A stretch of 64,000 bases of DNA from Acanthaster planci (lineage: Eukaryota): positions 2,364,932-2,428,931 of the forward strand of contig NW_019091356.1 in the NCBI RefSeq assembly GCF_001949145.1, in the 5' to 3' direction. Shown here piece after piece: positions 54,201-64,000 of this stretch. Position numbers and translations under genes: made by a program. The notes below the pieces were generated by a model. The model saw only the letters and a program-made list of their open reading frames with translations. It did no database searches and had not been told where the DNA came from. The stretch's first letter is position 1, and every line of letters begins with the position of its first letter.

Positions 54201-56722
54201 ACTCAAATAGGCAGGAGGGAAACTCTTGTCTTGGGTGGCCAAAACTATGACCGTGTCGTGTACGTGTCCCTCTGCCTCCTCAGTATGAAACCCAGATACT
54301 GTTGGTGATCATCGCGGTGCTGTGCGTGCCCTGGATGCTCTTCGTCAAGCCCATATTGCTCCGCATGCAGCACAACAAGAAGCTCTACAAGGTGAGCTGG
54401 CCAGGCTGACAACAATCGGTCTCTAAGAGACTCCAACTTTTTTTTTTTCACTCTCCCGGAAATAAAAATGTGCTGCAGGTTATGTCCCTCTCAGGGTGAA
54501 ACGACAGAATGTCTTCATCTCTTTCAAGGTCTTTGCATGTGCCACAAATGAGGCTTTTAGGCATGTTACAAGTGGAGCTGACCTTGTTGGGTCCAGAATT
54601 GTTACAAAATGGCTTTCTGAGTGTACGGACAATTTCTGGAAAAGTGCCCAACTTGGTGGATTTCCGTTTGATTTTGGGGTCGAAAGTGTTGACAGCCTTT
54701 TCTTCTTGTTGGTTATTTGGACCAGGCCGTTCGTTATCGCGAAGTCCGCATGCTCAAGAACGGCAGCGTGGGTGACGAGACAGCTGAGGTTGTTCACCAT
54801 GACGCGCTAGAGGCGTCGACCTCGGACTCGGGCAGCTCGGAAGAACCCGACCAAACCGAACAGGTGGTATTCACCTTTCTCCAAAACCCCTCGAAATGAA
54901 CAAAATATGGGAATAAAAATGCCCCATTCCGAGAGAATTTTAGTCGTTGATTGTAGTGCCTCCCATATAAATTTCGCAATTTGTCAATAAGAGTTGGTGG
55001 CATCAAATACTACAGGCGCAAGTCAAGGTACTGTTTTCAGGCAAGCTGTGGGAAATGATCGATAATAGAGGGTTTGCATGGCTGCCATCTTGCAGGCCAG
55101 TGCTTTTGTTCCGCAGGGATGCACAGAGTTTTCCCTGTGAAACAAAAGAGCAGCCCTGCAAGATGGCTACTCTGCAGAGCCTCAATACAGAGCCATTCCG
55201 TACATATGCAAGATAAACTGGCCACAGAACGCAAGAAGTACCCTCGTTAACTCTCTTGCTCGTCAGAATTAGGGTCTGAAAGAAACAGCACCCGATTTCT
55301 CCCAATCTCAAATACTCTCCGTTTTATTCCCCCCCCCCACCCCATCGTAGTTTGAGCTGGGAGAGGCACTGGTCTTCCAAGGCATCCACACCATCGAGTT
55401 CTGCCTGGGCTGCATCTCCCACACTGCCTCCTACCTCCGACTCTGGGCTCTGTCCCTGGCTCACGCTGGTAAGCAAGAAAAAAAAAAATCTGCCGGAAAA
55501 ATTGGCTCAACAGTATTTGCATCGTGGCATCTCCTCGAAATTGGGCCACATTCTTCGCCAGTTGAAATGTTCTCCGCCTTGTGGAATCGAACATTTCGTC
55601 TGTCACCTCATGAAACTGTTTTTACCGTTGCACTCATAAATATTCATTATTTGTATGATACATGAATATCGCTTCTCATGGGCGGGCTGTTTGTCAACCC
55701 CTTCTGTACAGAGCTGTCCGAGGTGTTATGGAGCATGCTGTTCAGCATCGGCTTCAAGATGAGCGGGCTAGGGGGCTTTGTCGTCATCTGGGCGTTGTTC
55801 AGCGCTTGGGCAGTGTTAACCATCGCCATCCTGCTGGTCATGGAGGGCCTGTCGGCATTCCTACACACCCTACGTCTCCACTGGTCAGTCAAATTAACTA
55901 TGCTTTCCCCCCCCAAAAAAAAAAACTCCGGGCAGAATCCATATTTCCAGGTGTAGCTGATTGCTGTATTTTCCAGCTGACAAATTGAACACAGCAATGT
56001 ATCAAGATGGACAAAGATCACATCAGAGCAGTGACTTAGCAAGGCGGGGAACCGATACGTGAAAATGACTCTGCCAGTAAGCACCAGTGAAGAACCAAGG
56101 ATTGGTGCACTGAAATATGCCCAGAAAGAATAGCTACACATGTTCTTCTCTTACCAAGATATTTGCTTTTAACCACTTGCTGCCGGTGAGCCCAGTTTCC
56201 GGCATGTATCCTTTGTATGCGTAGCCAAGGTCTCTGAAATCCGACAAAGGGAACAGGGCCTCGTAACAAAAGACCGTACTTGTAACAAAAGACCAGGTTG
56301 TTGGGAATTACCAACATTTTTTCACTCTCAATAGCGGAGATAATCCAGCATTTTTTTGAAACTGTATACTGCTGTTTGGGGCATTCAGCGTGAGCGGATT
56401 GACTATGAATATACTCGTAGTCGGCAGTCAACGTGTTAACCTTACATAGTGTTGGATGCAGAGGTAACAAGTGATGTTGCTGGTGGTTTCAGAGAGAGAG
56501 AGAGTATGGTTGTGGAGGATTCCGGAAGGTTCCTGGCAGATATTTTAGGGAACTGGGGTCAAGCTGTTGTGATCAAGTGCCAAGAACAACGCTGTCAAAC
56601 TGTTTCCCCCTTGCTTTTTCTTTGCCAACAGGGTGGAATTTCAGAGCAAGTTCTACAAGGGAGAAGGTTATGCCTTCCGGCCTTTTGCCTTTGACGCCCT
56701 CTTGGACGCCCAGGATGAGTAA
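42203..56722 (+). CDS. ATP6V0A1: V-type proton ATPase V0 subunit a, a1-like conserved paralogue (copy B), about 20 coding exons
   Basis: Start [23 protein letters not shown] (42203-42319). Then 42422-42500 ([27 protein letters not shown]), 42924-43021, 43322-43450, 47568-47671, 48195-48321, 48695-48778, 49822-49915, 50166-50378, 50818-50968, 51341-51480, and exons near 52290, 52510, 52840, 53300, 54340, 54790, 55410 ([17 protein letters not shown]), 55800, ending 56632-56722 (TAA). Family is certain; the a1 assignment is inferred. Confidence 0.95.
49056..49638. mobile_element. TTAA-flanked MITE (CCACTTGC family), copy 3, reverse orientation
   Basis: Ends CCGGCGGCAAGTGG TTAA. Spurious ORF 49229-49474 closely resembles ORF 5238-5507. 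Confidence 0.8.
51836..52197. mobile_element. TTAA-flanked MITE (CCCTCCT termini), copy 2, with an N gap
   Basis: TTAA CCCTCCTTTGG ... CATAGGAGGG TTAA. Confidence 0.85.
56169..56401. mobile_element. TTAA MITE (CCACTTGC family), truncated copy 4
   Basis: Begins TTAACCACTTGCTGCCGG and follows copy 1 for about 230 bp. Confidence 0.75.
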
Positions 56723-57071
56723 ATTGAACATCTCACCAGTGGCCATGACCAGTGTTCTAGCGTCAGTTTTACTGCCTCCATCATGCGCAAAGTTTGACTG
56801 TTTAAAATTGGGTGCTATGGTCAGACAGAAAAAAATGAATTGTTTTCATTATAAAGAGAGAAAATGAAACGTCTGTGTCAAGGTGGCATCATGCATATTT
56901 GTATTATTCAGAAATGGTTATTTAGCAGAAGCAAACTTCTCAACATTTGGAAAGAAAAGCAATTCTGCATGGAAAGATTAGTGTAAAATATATCCTAATG
57001 CGTCAGTTGGATATATTGAAAACCTCAAGCTAAGGAAATGGGGAACTTTCCAGTCATAGTAGTCGATGTAG

Positions 57072-57405
57072 GTATTATATATAACAGGTTTGCCCTCACC
57101 CAACGTATATTAATAAACACTGTATGCTCAGTGCTTGTCCGAGAGCTTGCGAAAAAAACCTCACAAACTTACTCGGGTGGGACTTGAACCCACGACCTCC
57201 TGCTAACTAGTGCAGATGTCTTAATCACTCGACCACCGAGCTTGCCGGGATCGGCTGGCCGGTCGGAGTCAAATGAAGCAGCGGGTGGGAGGTTTTTTTC
57301 GCAAGCTCTCGGACAAGCACTGAACATACAGTGCTTATTAATATACGTTGGGTAAGGGCAAACCTGTTATATATAATTAGCATCTCCCCAACGCAAAAAT
57401 ACCTC
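57072..57405. mobile_element. Fold-back element: inverted arms of about 89 bp enclosing a tRNA-derived segment, in the presumed 3'UTR of V0a copy B
   Basis: Arms 57074-57162 and 57289-57377. Minus-strand tRNA-like segment 57171-57241 with A box (TGGTCGAGTG) and B box (GGTTCAAGTCC). Flanked by the 9-bp direct repeat TCGATGTAG (57063-57071 and 57406-57414). A fragment of the arm recurs near 59350. Confidence 0.8.
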
Positions 57406-58527
57406 TCGATGTAGTTATGTGATCTTACTTAAATTGTTGGTTGAACGTAATCGCTCTTACTTTAAGGAGGAATGTGTGGAATATGGGTTTTTTGTGCAAG
57501 TTTAACCTTGTTTGTGTTTTCGCATAGTAAACTCAAATAGGAGAATCTTGGTTTTGATTAAGGGTGTGAGAGTTTTGGTAATCAGCAACTTCTTATGAGG
57601 TATAAAAACCCTTTTCGTATTTCCTTTTGTAGCTAACCACTGAAGTCTTTATATCCATGAGGAAAGCAATTGATGTGTGTATCTCCTGGCCATAGTTTTC
57701 AGTTTCAGTTTTTGTTTTTATGTTTTTGGCTTCTTCTTTTTTTTCACAAAGTGCACCCGAAGACACACTTTGATGACCTAACCAAACGTAAAGTTCAAGT
57801 ACGTCCACCAGAAAGTTTTTCTCTAACCGTATTTGCATTCCAGTATTTCATGTATATTACACAGGCTATTTTAAAAACGCCCAAAATATCTTGTGTTTAA
57901 GACAGTGGAACGTGCAAGGTAATGTCTGTGAGATACCGCCATGGTCAGTTAAAAGTTTGTGTTGTACATTTGTAGATCGCATGGGAACATTGGACGGTAC
58001 GACAGTATGTTGATAAGGTGAATGTATATGAACATGTACTTTGGCGCTGCTTACAAACTTAATGCAAAAAGTGAGGCCCTTTTTAGTTTTGGGGTGTTCC
58101 AAACATGGGACGTATTTGGTAAACTTTAATGTATATTTAGCAAATGTGTAACTGGTGCTTCTTAGTTCGTATTTAATTGAATGGTAACTTGGACATCTAT
58201 TATTCTGTAATTTAGTAGATCAGGATAATTACTGAAAGTTTGAATTATTTATCGAAAGTGGATAATATGTTAGGTAACCACGTATTAAGCCAATGACACA
58301 AGTCCAAATTGGTACGACACATTGCCACAGCTACATGTACCTGGGATGTGGTCTGGTATGGAAAAACTCCAGCTTGAAGTTCGAACCACTGACCGCATGT
58401 CTGACCACAGGAAAAACTGTGATATTGCCAGGTACGATATGTCACCCCGAAAGAAAAACAGAAGTTCTCGGCAGACACCCTACAGTATGAATACAGTACA
58501 GACTGTTGCAAATGGAGGAAACAATTG

Positions 58528-58586
58528 AAAAATCTAACAGTCCTCGATCCTTCACCTGTTGGAGGACTGAGGACTGTTAGGGTTAA
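58528..58586. mobile_element. 59-bp TTAA-flanked palindromic mini-element, copy 4 (reverse orientation)
   Basis: CTAACAGTCCTCGATCCTTCACCTGTTGGAGGACTGAGGACTGTTAGGG TTAA; left end degenerate. Confidence 0.8.
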
Positions 58587-59697
58587 CGTTGTAGAAATGT
58601 CATACCTGGAAAATACAGCATTTAACAGGGGATGCCGTGACTTTGATTCGTCTGAACGGCCAAAGCTTTCCGGAAATGAATGTTTGAACTTTGGAAAAGT
58701 GTAAAAGGATGCAACTTGGCCATACAAACTAAAACGAGGACGTTTTCCAAATGTTGGGTTTTGTCTCAACTTCAACTTGAACCAAATAAGTTGACTCGAG
58801 TTTGCCAACAGTTTATGGCATGTGTGGGCAGAAGAAATGAAGATGCCTTAAAGCAGGAGAGACTTGGTTCATTAAACTGTGAAGTCTGAAGCTGAGAACG
58901 GAGTCCAAGGTTTGGGGAACTTTTGTCCACCAAATGGCCCAGAAATGAACGATGAAATGATGCAGAGAAGGGCTACATTGTGCTTGACCCTATTAATGGA
59001 CAACTTCTGGCAAATCACTTGTTCTGCACTTGGTAAAGTAGTCCTTTGGAATGCAGAAAATATCCCTTCAATATCAAGCCGTCCTTCTGGACCTGGTTTC
59101 ATGTAACAATTTTTAGGTGGTGTACCTCATAATAACCAAGTACCTCTTTAATCTGCTACCCCGAGTCATGGTCCACCACTGTACTGATTATAGTAGGTCA
59201 GGGCATTAAGATATCCCCGTAGTTATTCCAAGGGTGCCATGTAAGAGTTGTCTTTAACCTATGTTTGAATTGTATGGCTTACTTAATGCAATATTAGCCA
59301 TGTTTAATACAACAACCTGTACCAGTCTATTTATTGATGTTGCTAATTGCTCTCGGACAAGCACTGAGTATGCAGTGTTTATATATATATTGCCCACAAA
59401 ATAAACTTAGACATAAAGATTGGTCAAGCATTTTATGTTTTGCCGGCATGTGCAAAGTGTTTTTGTTGTTTTTATTTTCCAACAGATGTTTTTTCTCGGT
59501 TGGTTTATTGGTATCATCTCGTTTTTCCTTTCAAGTTGTACTTTCATGGAAGGGCCCAAGCTCTGTCGTAATCATTCAGATCTGTCTCAACATCGGCTGA
59601 AGAACTCCACTCTTCAAACTTTTTGCCCATTCTAAGAAACGGTCCAACTTTCAAATACCCCAAACTGGCACACCTTTTTTAAACAAAATGACATTCT

Positions 59698-59703
59698 TTT
59701 ATT
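59698..59703 (-). terminator. Candidate polyadenylation signal of the Caspr-like gene (3'UTR about 4 kb)
   Basis: AATAAA on the minus strand. The interval 59700-63650 is T-rich on the minus strand and has few recognisable insertions, as expected of a 3'UTR. Confidence 0.4.
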
Positions 59704-62700
59704 AGTGAAATATACAGAAACGGTAGTTCAAAAAAGTACCAAATGACAAGAAATATCTACAAAGATCCCTTCACCACAGTAGTACCTAAATACTGAATGA
59801 ACAATAAATAGATTAAATTCACAAAACTCAGCGTAAAGGACAGAACTACCATTGTTAAAAACTAAACAAAAAAACCTGCTCAAGTCTACGGTAGTCCCAC
59901 AACTTGGCTAAACACTCATATACACAAAAATGGCAGTTTTGAATACATGAAACATCAAACCGGTCAAGTTAAAAAGAATAGATGAAAATCATTTAGTACT
60001 TAGGACAAAGTAGTACCTTGACTTTTTAGGCTATCGGAATAATTTTACAAGATAAATTTTCTTCAATCAAATGCTGCCATCAGGATGAATTTTTTTTTAA
60101 TTGCTAATATACAGCTAGAAGCTTATCTAAGGAGTACTTTTTTGGCCACAAAGGAATGTTAGCAAGAAGGGATTTTCTGAGCCATTGTTTATCCCTCGTA
60201 ATAAAATTGAACCAAAAAAACCCTGAAGGTGCAACATGATAAATGTAATTTTAGCATTTATAATACATGCAAATTACAATGCCACATTTACCAGTAAAAA
60301 AAACTTGTCCTCAAGGATGTCTACTCATTTTTCCCCCCACCAACAATGCTCCAGTGCTGTTAAGAAACTGACCCATCTAGATGAGATGGACACAAATCAC
60401 CTTCTGCCCAACTGAAAGACTATTTACTCCATACTACGACCTGAGTCCTGACATCTTGAATCTTCAATTTGCAAATTGAACTCCAAAGTGGAAATCCACC
60501 CAGGATTTCACAATTGGCACGAGGTCATTAACATCCAAGCATGCACGATGCAACACTGTGCAAACCGTATTGATACTAGGCCACTTTTGAAAACGGACAA
60601 CAAACTCTCCATTTCCAAACACTTGCTCAAGCTTCATGGAAGAGTTTTTTTACTGCAATATTCCCATACTGAAGCTTTGATCTGTACAAAGCAACCACTG
60701 GTAACAGTAACTTCAACATACAAACACAAAATGCCACAAAAGCGGTAAACCATTTTGAATAACCGTTCCATGAAGTTCCCAGCTTCCAGCAAGGGGAACT
60801 AATTGAACTCGGCTTCTGTTGCTCTTAACCTCATGAACACTCAAAACTCCTTTGCAATTCTCCCCCGACCAACAAAGCAGAAATGAGGTGCAGCAGCTAG
60901 GATTTCGTGCGGTAATTATTCCCACGTCATACACAACGAAGCCAAGAAGTGGCACACTGTCTGTGACTACGCAATGACATGCACCGCGGTGCCTTGACCA
61001 ATGGCAATGCCAATCTAGATCATAAATATGTATGAGGCAAGGTACAAATATCATTGGACAAGATCCATTCCCTTGAAACATATGCCCTTCAAAAATGTAG
61101 AGTATCCTGTATGCCAAGACTAAGAACTATTCACGCATGTGTAAATGACTGTAAGAATGCTTACTGGAAAACCAAGCAGAAAAAAACAACCTACATTGCA
61201 CTTTGTGAGAAGGGTGAAGTTATAAAGTCAAAAAATATATACGCCCTGTCTGATTTGGTAACAGGGGGGGTCTTTAACAAGCAAGATTCCCTGCCGCCAA
61301 AAGCAGACATTCACAATTGAAAAGCTGCAGGAAACATGTCACATAGAAAAGATACTTCAAGTGAAGTTCATTGACTTTTATGTACAGGTGGGATACTATA
61401 GAAAAATGGTAAACTAACTCGAGGGTGCAGTCTGGTACCCGACACCTTTCAATAACAAAAACGTTAAAGACTGCATCAAGACCAGGCTTAAAAATTGTAC
61501 AAAGCATACAATGCAGATTAAACAGACTACTATGATTTCTAAAAATAGCTTGACCCCGCCACAGGCAGCGAGAGCTTTTATGATGAACCCTGACATGACC
61601 ACATCAGAGCAACTGTGCTCTTATTCATCGTGGCTAAACCGGACAGTGTGAGGTTACTACAGAACACTGTCATTTCCTCTGAACTGTATGGTACGTGTCA
61701 ACGACCACTTCATAGTTAAATAAGGCAAACACGAAAGAAAAACTAATTAGGCGTCGCAAAACATCTACAGCGAAATTTGCTTGAGTTGAAATGTGTCACG
61801 TTTCTAAAAATACGCAGCACAAATATTTGATTCTGACGCCACACTTTCGCGGTTGTGTTCACGTTCGTGCAAGTATGAATCCGCCTTGACACGGGCATTA
61901 CATTAATACTCAAAACACCACTGGCCGTCTGAACACAAAGTACAGGACCATCCAACTACACGTGCCTTTGTGAAGGAGAAACAGATCAAAACTACATAAA
62001 ATATAGTCTCCTGTTTTCTATAGACTTAAATATGACAACTGGAAAGGGGGTCAATTTTGAACACGCTGTTGAAATGTGCATAGCATCTGAGATGAGAACA
62101 ATAATGCTGTGAAGAGTAAAACAAGCCTCAAAAACAGTGAATAAACTTTATTAAAAAGCTAAAACCCTTGTCCTTATCTTAAAGTCAGCCATAAAAATCC
62201 TATGCTTTTGTTAAAATAGTCCAATGGGCCCGACTTTAAAAATTTAGTTATTTTCTCATCTCTTTGGAAGTCAATTAAGAAAGAATCATGGCAGCTCCAG
62301 ACAGGAAGTCTTGTTGAGGAAATCTACAAAACGTTTGGGAGGTTTCAAATAAGGTCGTGGAGTTTAAAAAGGCTTACAAATGCTCAGAGTAAAGGGGGAA
62401 ATTTGTTTGGAACATTAAGATTCCAACATTTGGCTACTGTAAAAGCCACCCACGGTGCAGAATAATCATTAATCATTAATTAAATGAACTGAGTAAGTCG
62501 TTTTAACCTTTGACAGCTCCTCCTCTTAAAAAAGAGAAGAAGAAAGCATTAAAAAAGGTATAAATTTTGTTTTCCAGGTTTCTAACTTTCCATTAAAAAA
62601 ACACAGATGACAGGAAAACAGAGTTTGAGATCAACGTCTCAAATGTCATTGATAGTTGTAAAATCGCTCCGGCATGGAGCGGGCTGTCAAAAGAAAATGT

Positions 62701-63654
62701 TTCAGACACTCATGAAGACAGTCTACAACTTCAAATATTAGTAATTTTCTCAGTTAAATACCTAAGCCAGCTGTTGACTAATTTCACACAAACTGCAAGT
62801 TACAGCTCTTAAAAAACTCACATTTTCACCCATATTAACGCCAGCAGGAGACAAGAACTGGTTCTATCCGGACAGCACTGTCTCATGGGACAGCCCTCTG
62901 TTTGCACAGGAGTGAACCAGCTTCCCTGTGAGGCCATTTCTGACCAGTTCCGACTGGCTCAAGAATGGGCAAAACCCAGCAGAAAAACCAGTGTTTCCTG
63001 TCATAACCGGTTCCAACCGGTTCTCAACAGCGAGGGACTGCTTTTGACTGGCACAAGCCCAAGGCAAAGCTGACCAAAGCCACAAATTTGTACAAAGACA
63101 CTGTCAGCAAAAAACGCCACCCTGATATATAAAAATAAGGCCACGCTGGACCACTGATCGGGTTTATAAAAACACAATAGAGAAGGTTGACCAGTTTCAC
63201 AGCGTCCAGACAATGTGCATAGGAAAGGAACACGCAGAACACTTACTTAAGCTGACTTCTTCTCTTCCCTTACAAAAGCACACACTTGTATTTGCCCTTC
63301 ACTGTGGAAGATTTCCATTTAAACAACTGTCATCTTGAAGCTTACAAACGAACTTCTCAACATGCTCCGACATCTCAGACTATTAGTACAAACTTCGCAG
63401 AACATTCTGCTATGAAAATGGCCATCCTTAAAAAAAAGAAAATCTCCAATAGAAAGAACTGTACACCTGATCCAATTTCTGGCTATGGCAAATACATACA
63501 AAAACTGTGGTCTCCAGGGAAAGAATTTTTAAAAAAAGGACAATCCTGCTCAACACGCGTCTTGATAATAAACTGAATCATCAACTGCAGGAAAACAACT
63601 TACAAAGAAAAAACAAACAAACAAACAGGAAACAGAAAAACAGCTAAGCTGAGG

Positions 63655-63848
63655 TTAAATGTACCATTCTTTCTTCTTCTCCGGCTTGACCTGCTTGGCT
63701 CCTGTCATCATGACGGCCGTGTCGGCGTCGCCCGCCATGTCGGCCCCTTTGGCTTCGTTGGTGTGGTACATGCCCTTGTGCTGGTGTTTGTAGCGCAGGA
63801 TCAGCATTACCAGGATGATCAACGCCAGCAGGAGGACGATGACCACGA
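63655..63848 (-). CDS. Last coding exon of a contactin-associated protein (Caspr/CNTNAP, neurexin IV)-like membrane protein
   Basis: Acceptor tttgcag at 63849. Encodes a TM helix, a band-4.1-binding motif (RYKHQHKGMYHTNEAKGA) and a class II PDZ-binding tail (KKKEWYI*). It resembles the Caspr2 tail most, but CADM/Necl cannot be excluded from this exon alone. Confidence 0.8.
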
Positions 63849-64000
63849 CTGCAAAGTGGGAGGTCAGAGGTCGAGGGTCAAAGGTCAAGGATAAAAGGTG
63901 CGGGGTAAGAGGTCAGCATTACAGGCCAGACACATTAATGAACGGCCTGCTGCTCTATCTGAATTGGTTGACGGAAGCTGGAAATAATGTGTGTGTGTGG

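Noticed and set aside
57171..57241. Functional tRNA gene
   Set aside because: Irregular anticodon arm and acceptor stem, and it is embedded in a repeat. Better read as a SINE head.

Overview
Eukaryotic, intron-rich animal DNA. An invertebrate deuterostome such as an echinoderm is my guess, and the sequence alone cannot confirm it. Five spliced genes were assembled by eye. Cyclin T (minus strand, 3' end runs off the left edge) lies head-to-head with KANSL2/NSL2 (plus strand), and each carries one U12-type intron. Two complete V-ATPase V0 subunit a paralogues lie head-to-head (minus 20080-34949, plus 42203-56722). The last coding exon and 3'UTR of a Caspr/neurexin-IV-like gene sit at the right edge on the minus strand. 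Introns hold many short non-autonomous elements, including at least five TTAA-flanked families, nested insertions, near-perfect palindromes and a tRNA-derived fold-back element. There are three assembly gaps. Most ORF-track entries are spurious or single exons read through into introns. The main leads are the divergent V0a pair with different predicted sorting motifs and promoter motifs, an AELHHQQ alternative acceptor, two minor-intron genes on one promoter, candidate poison exons in cyclin T, and a 59-bp hairpin family whose arms co-vary. Comparisons with human genes are from memory, not database searches.
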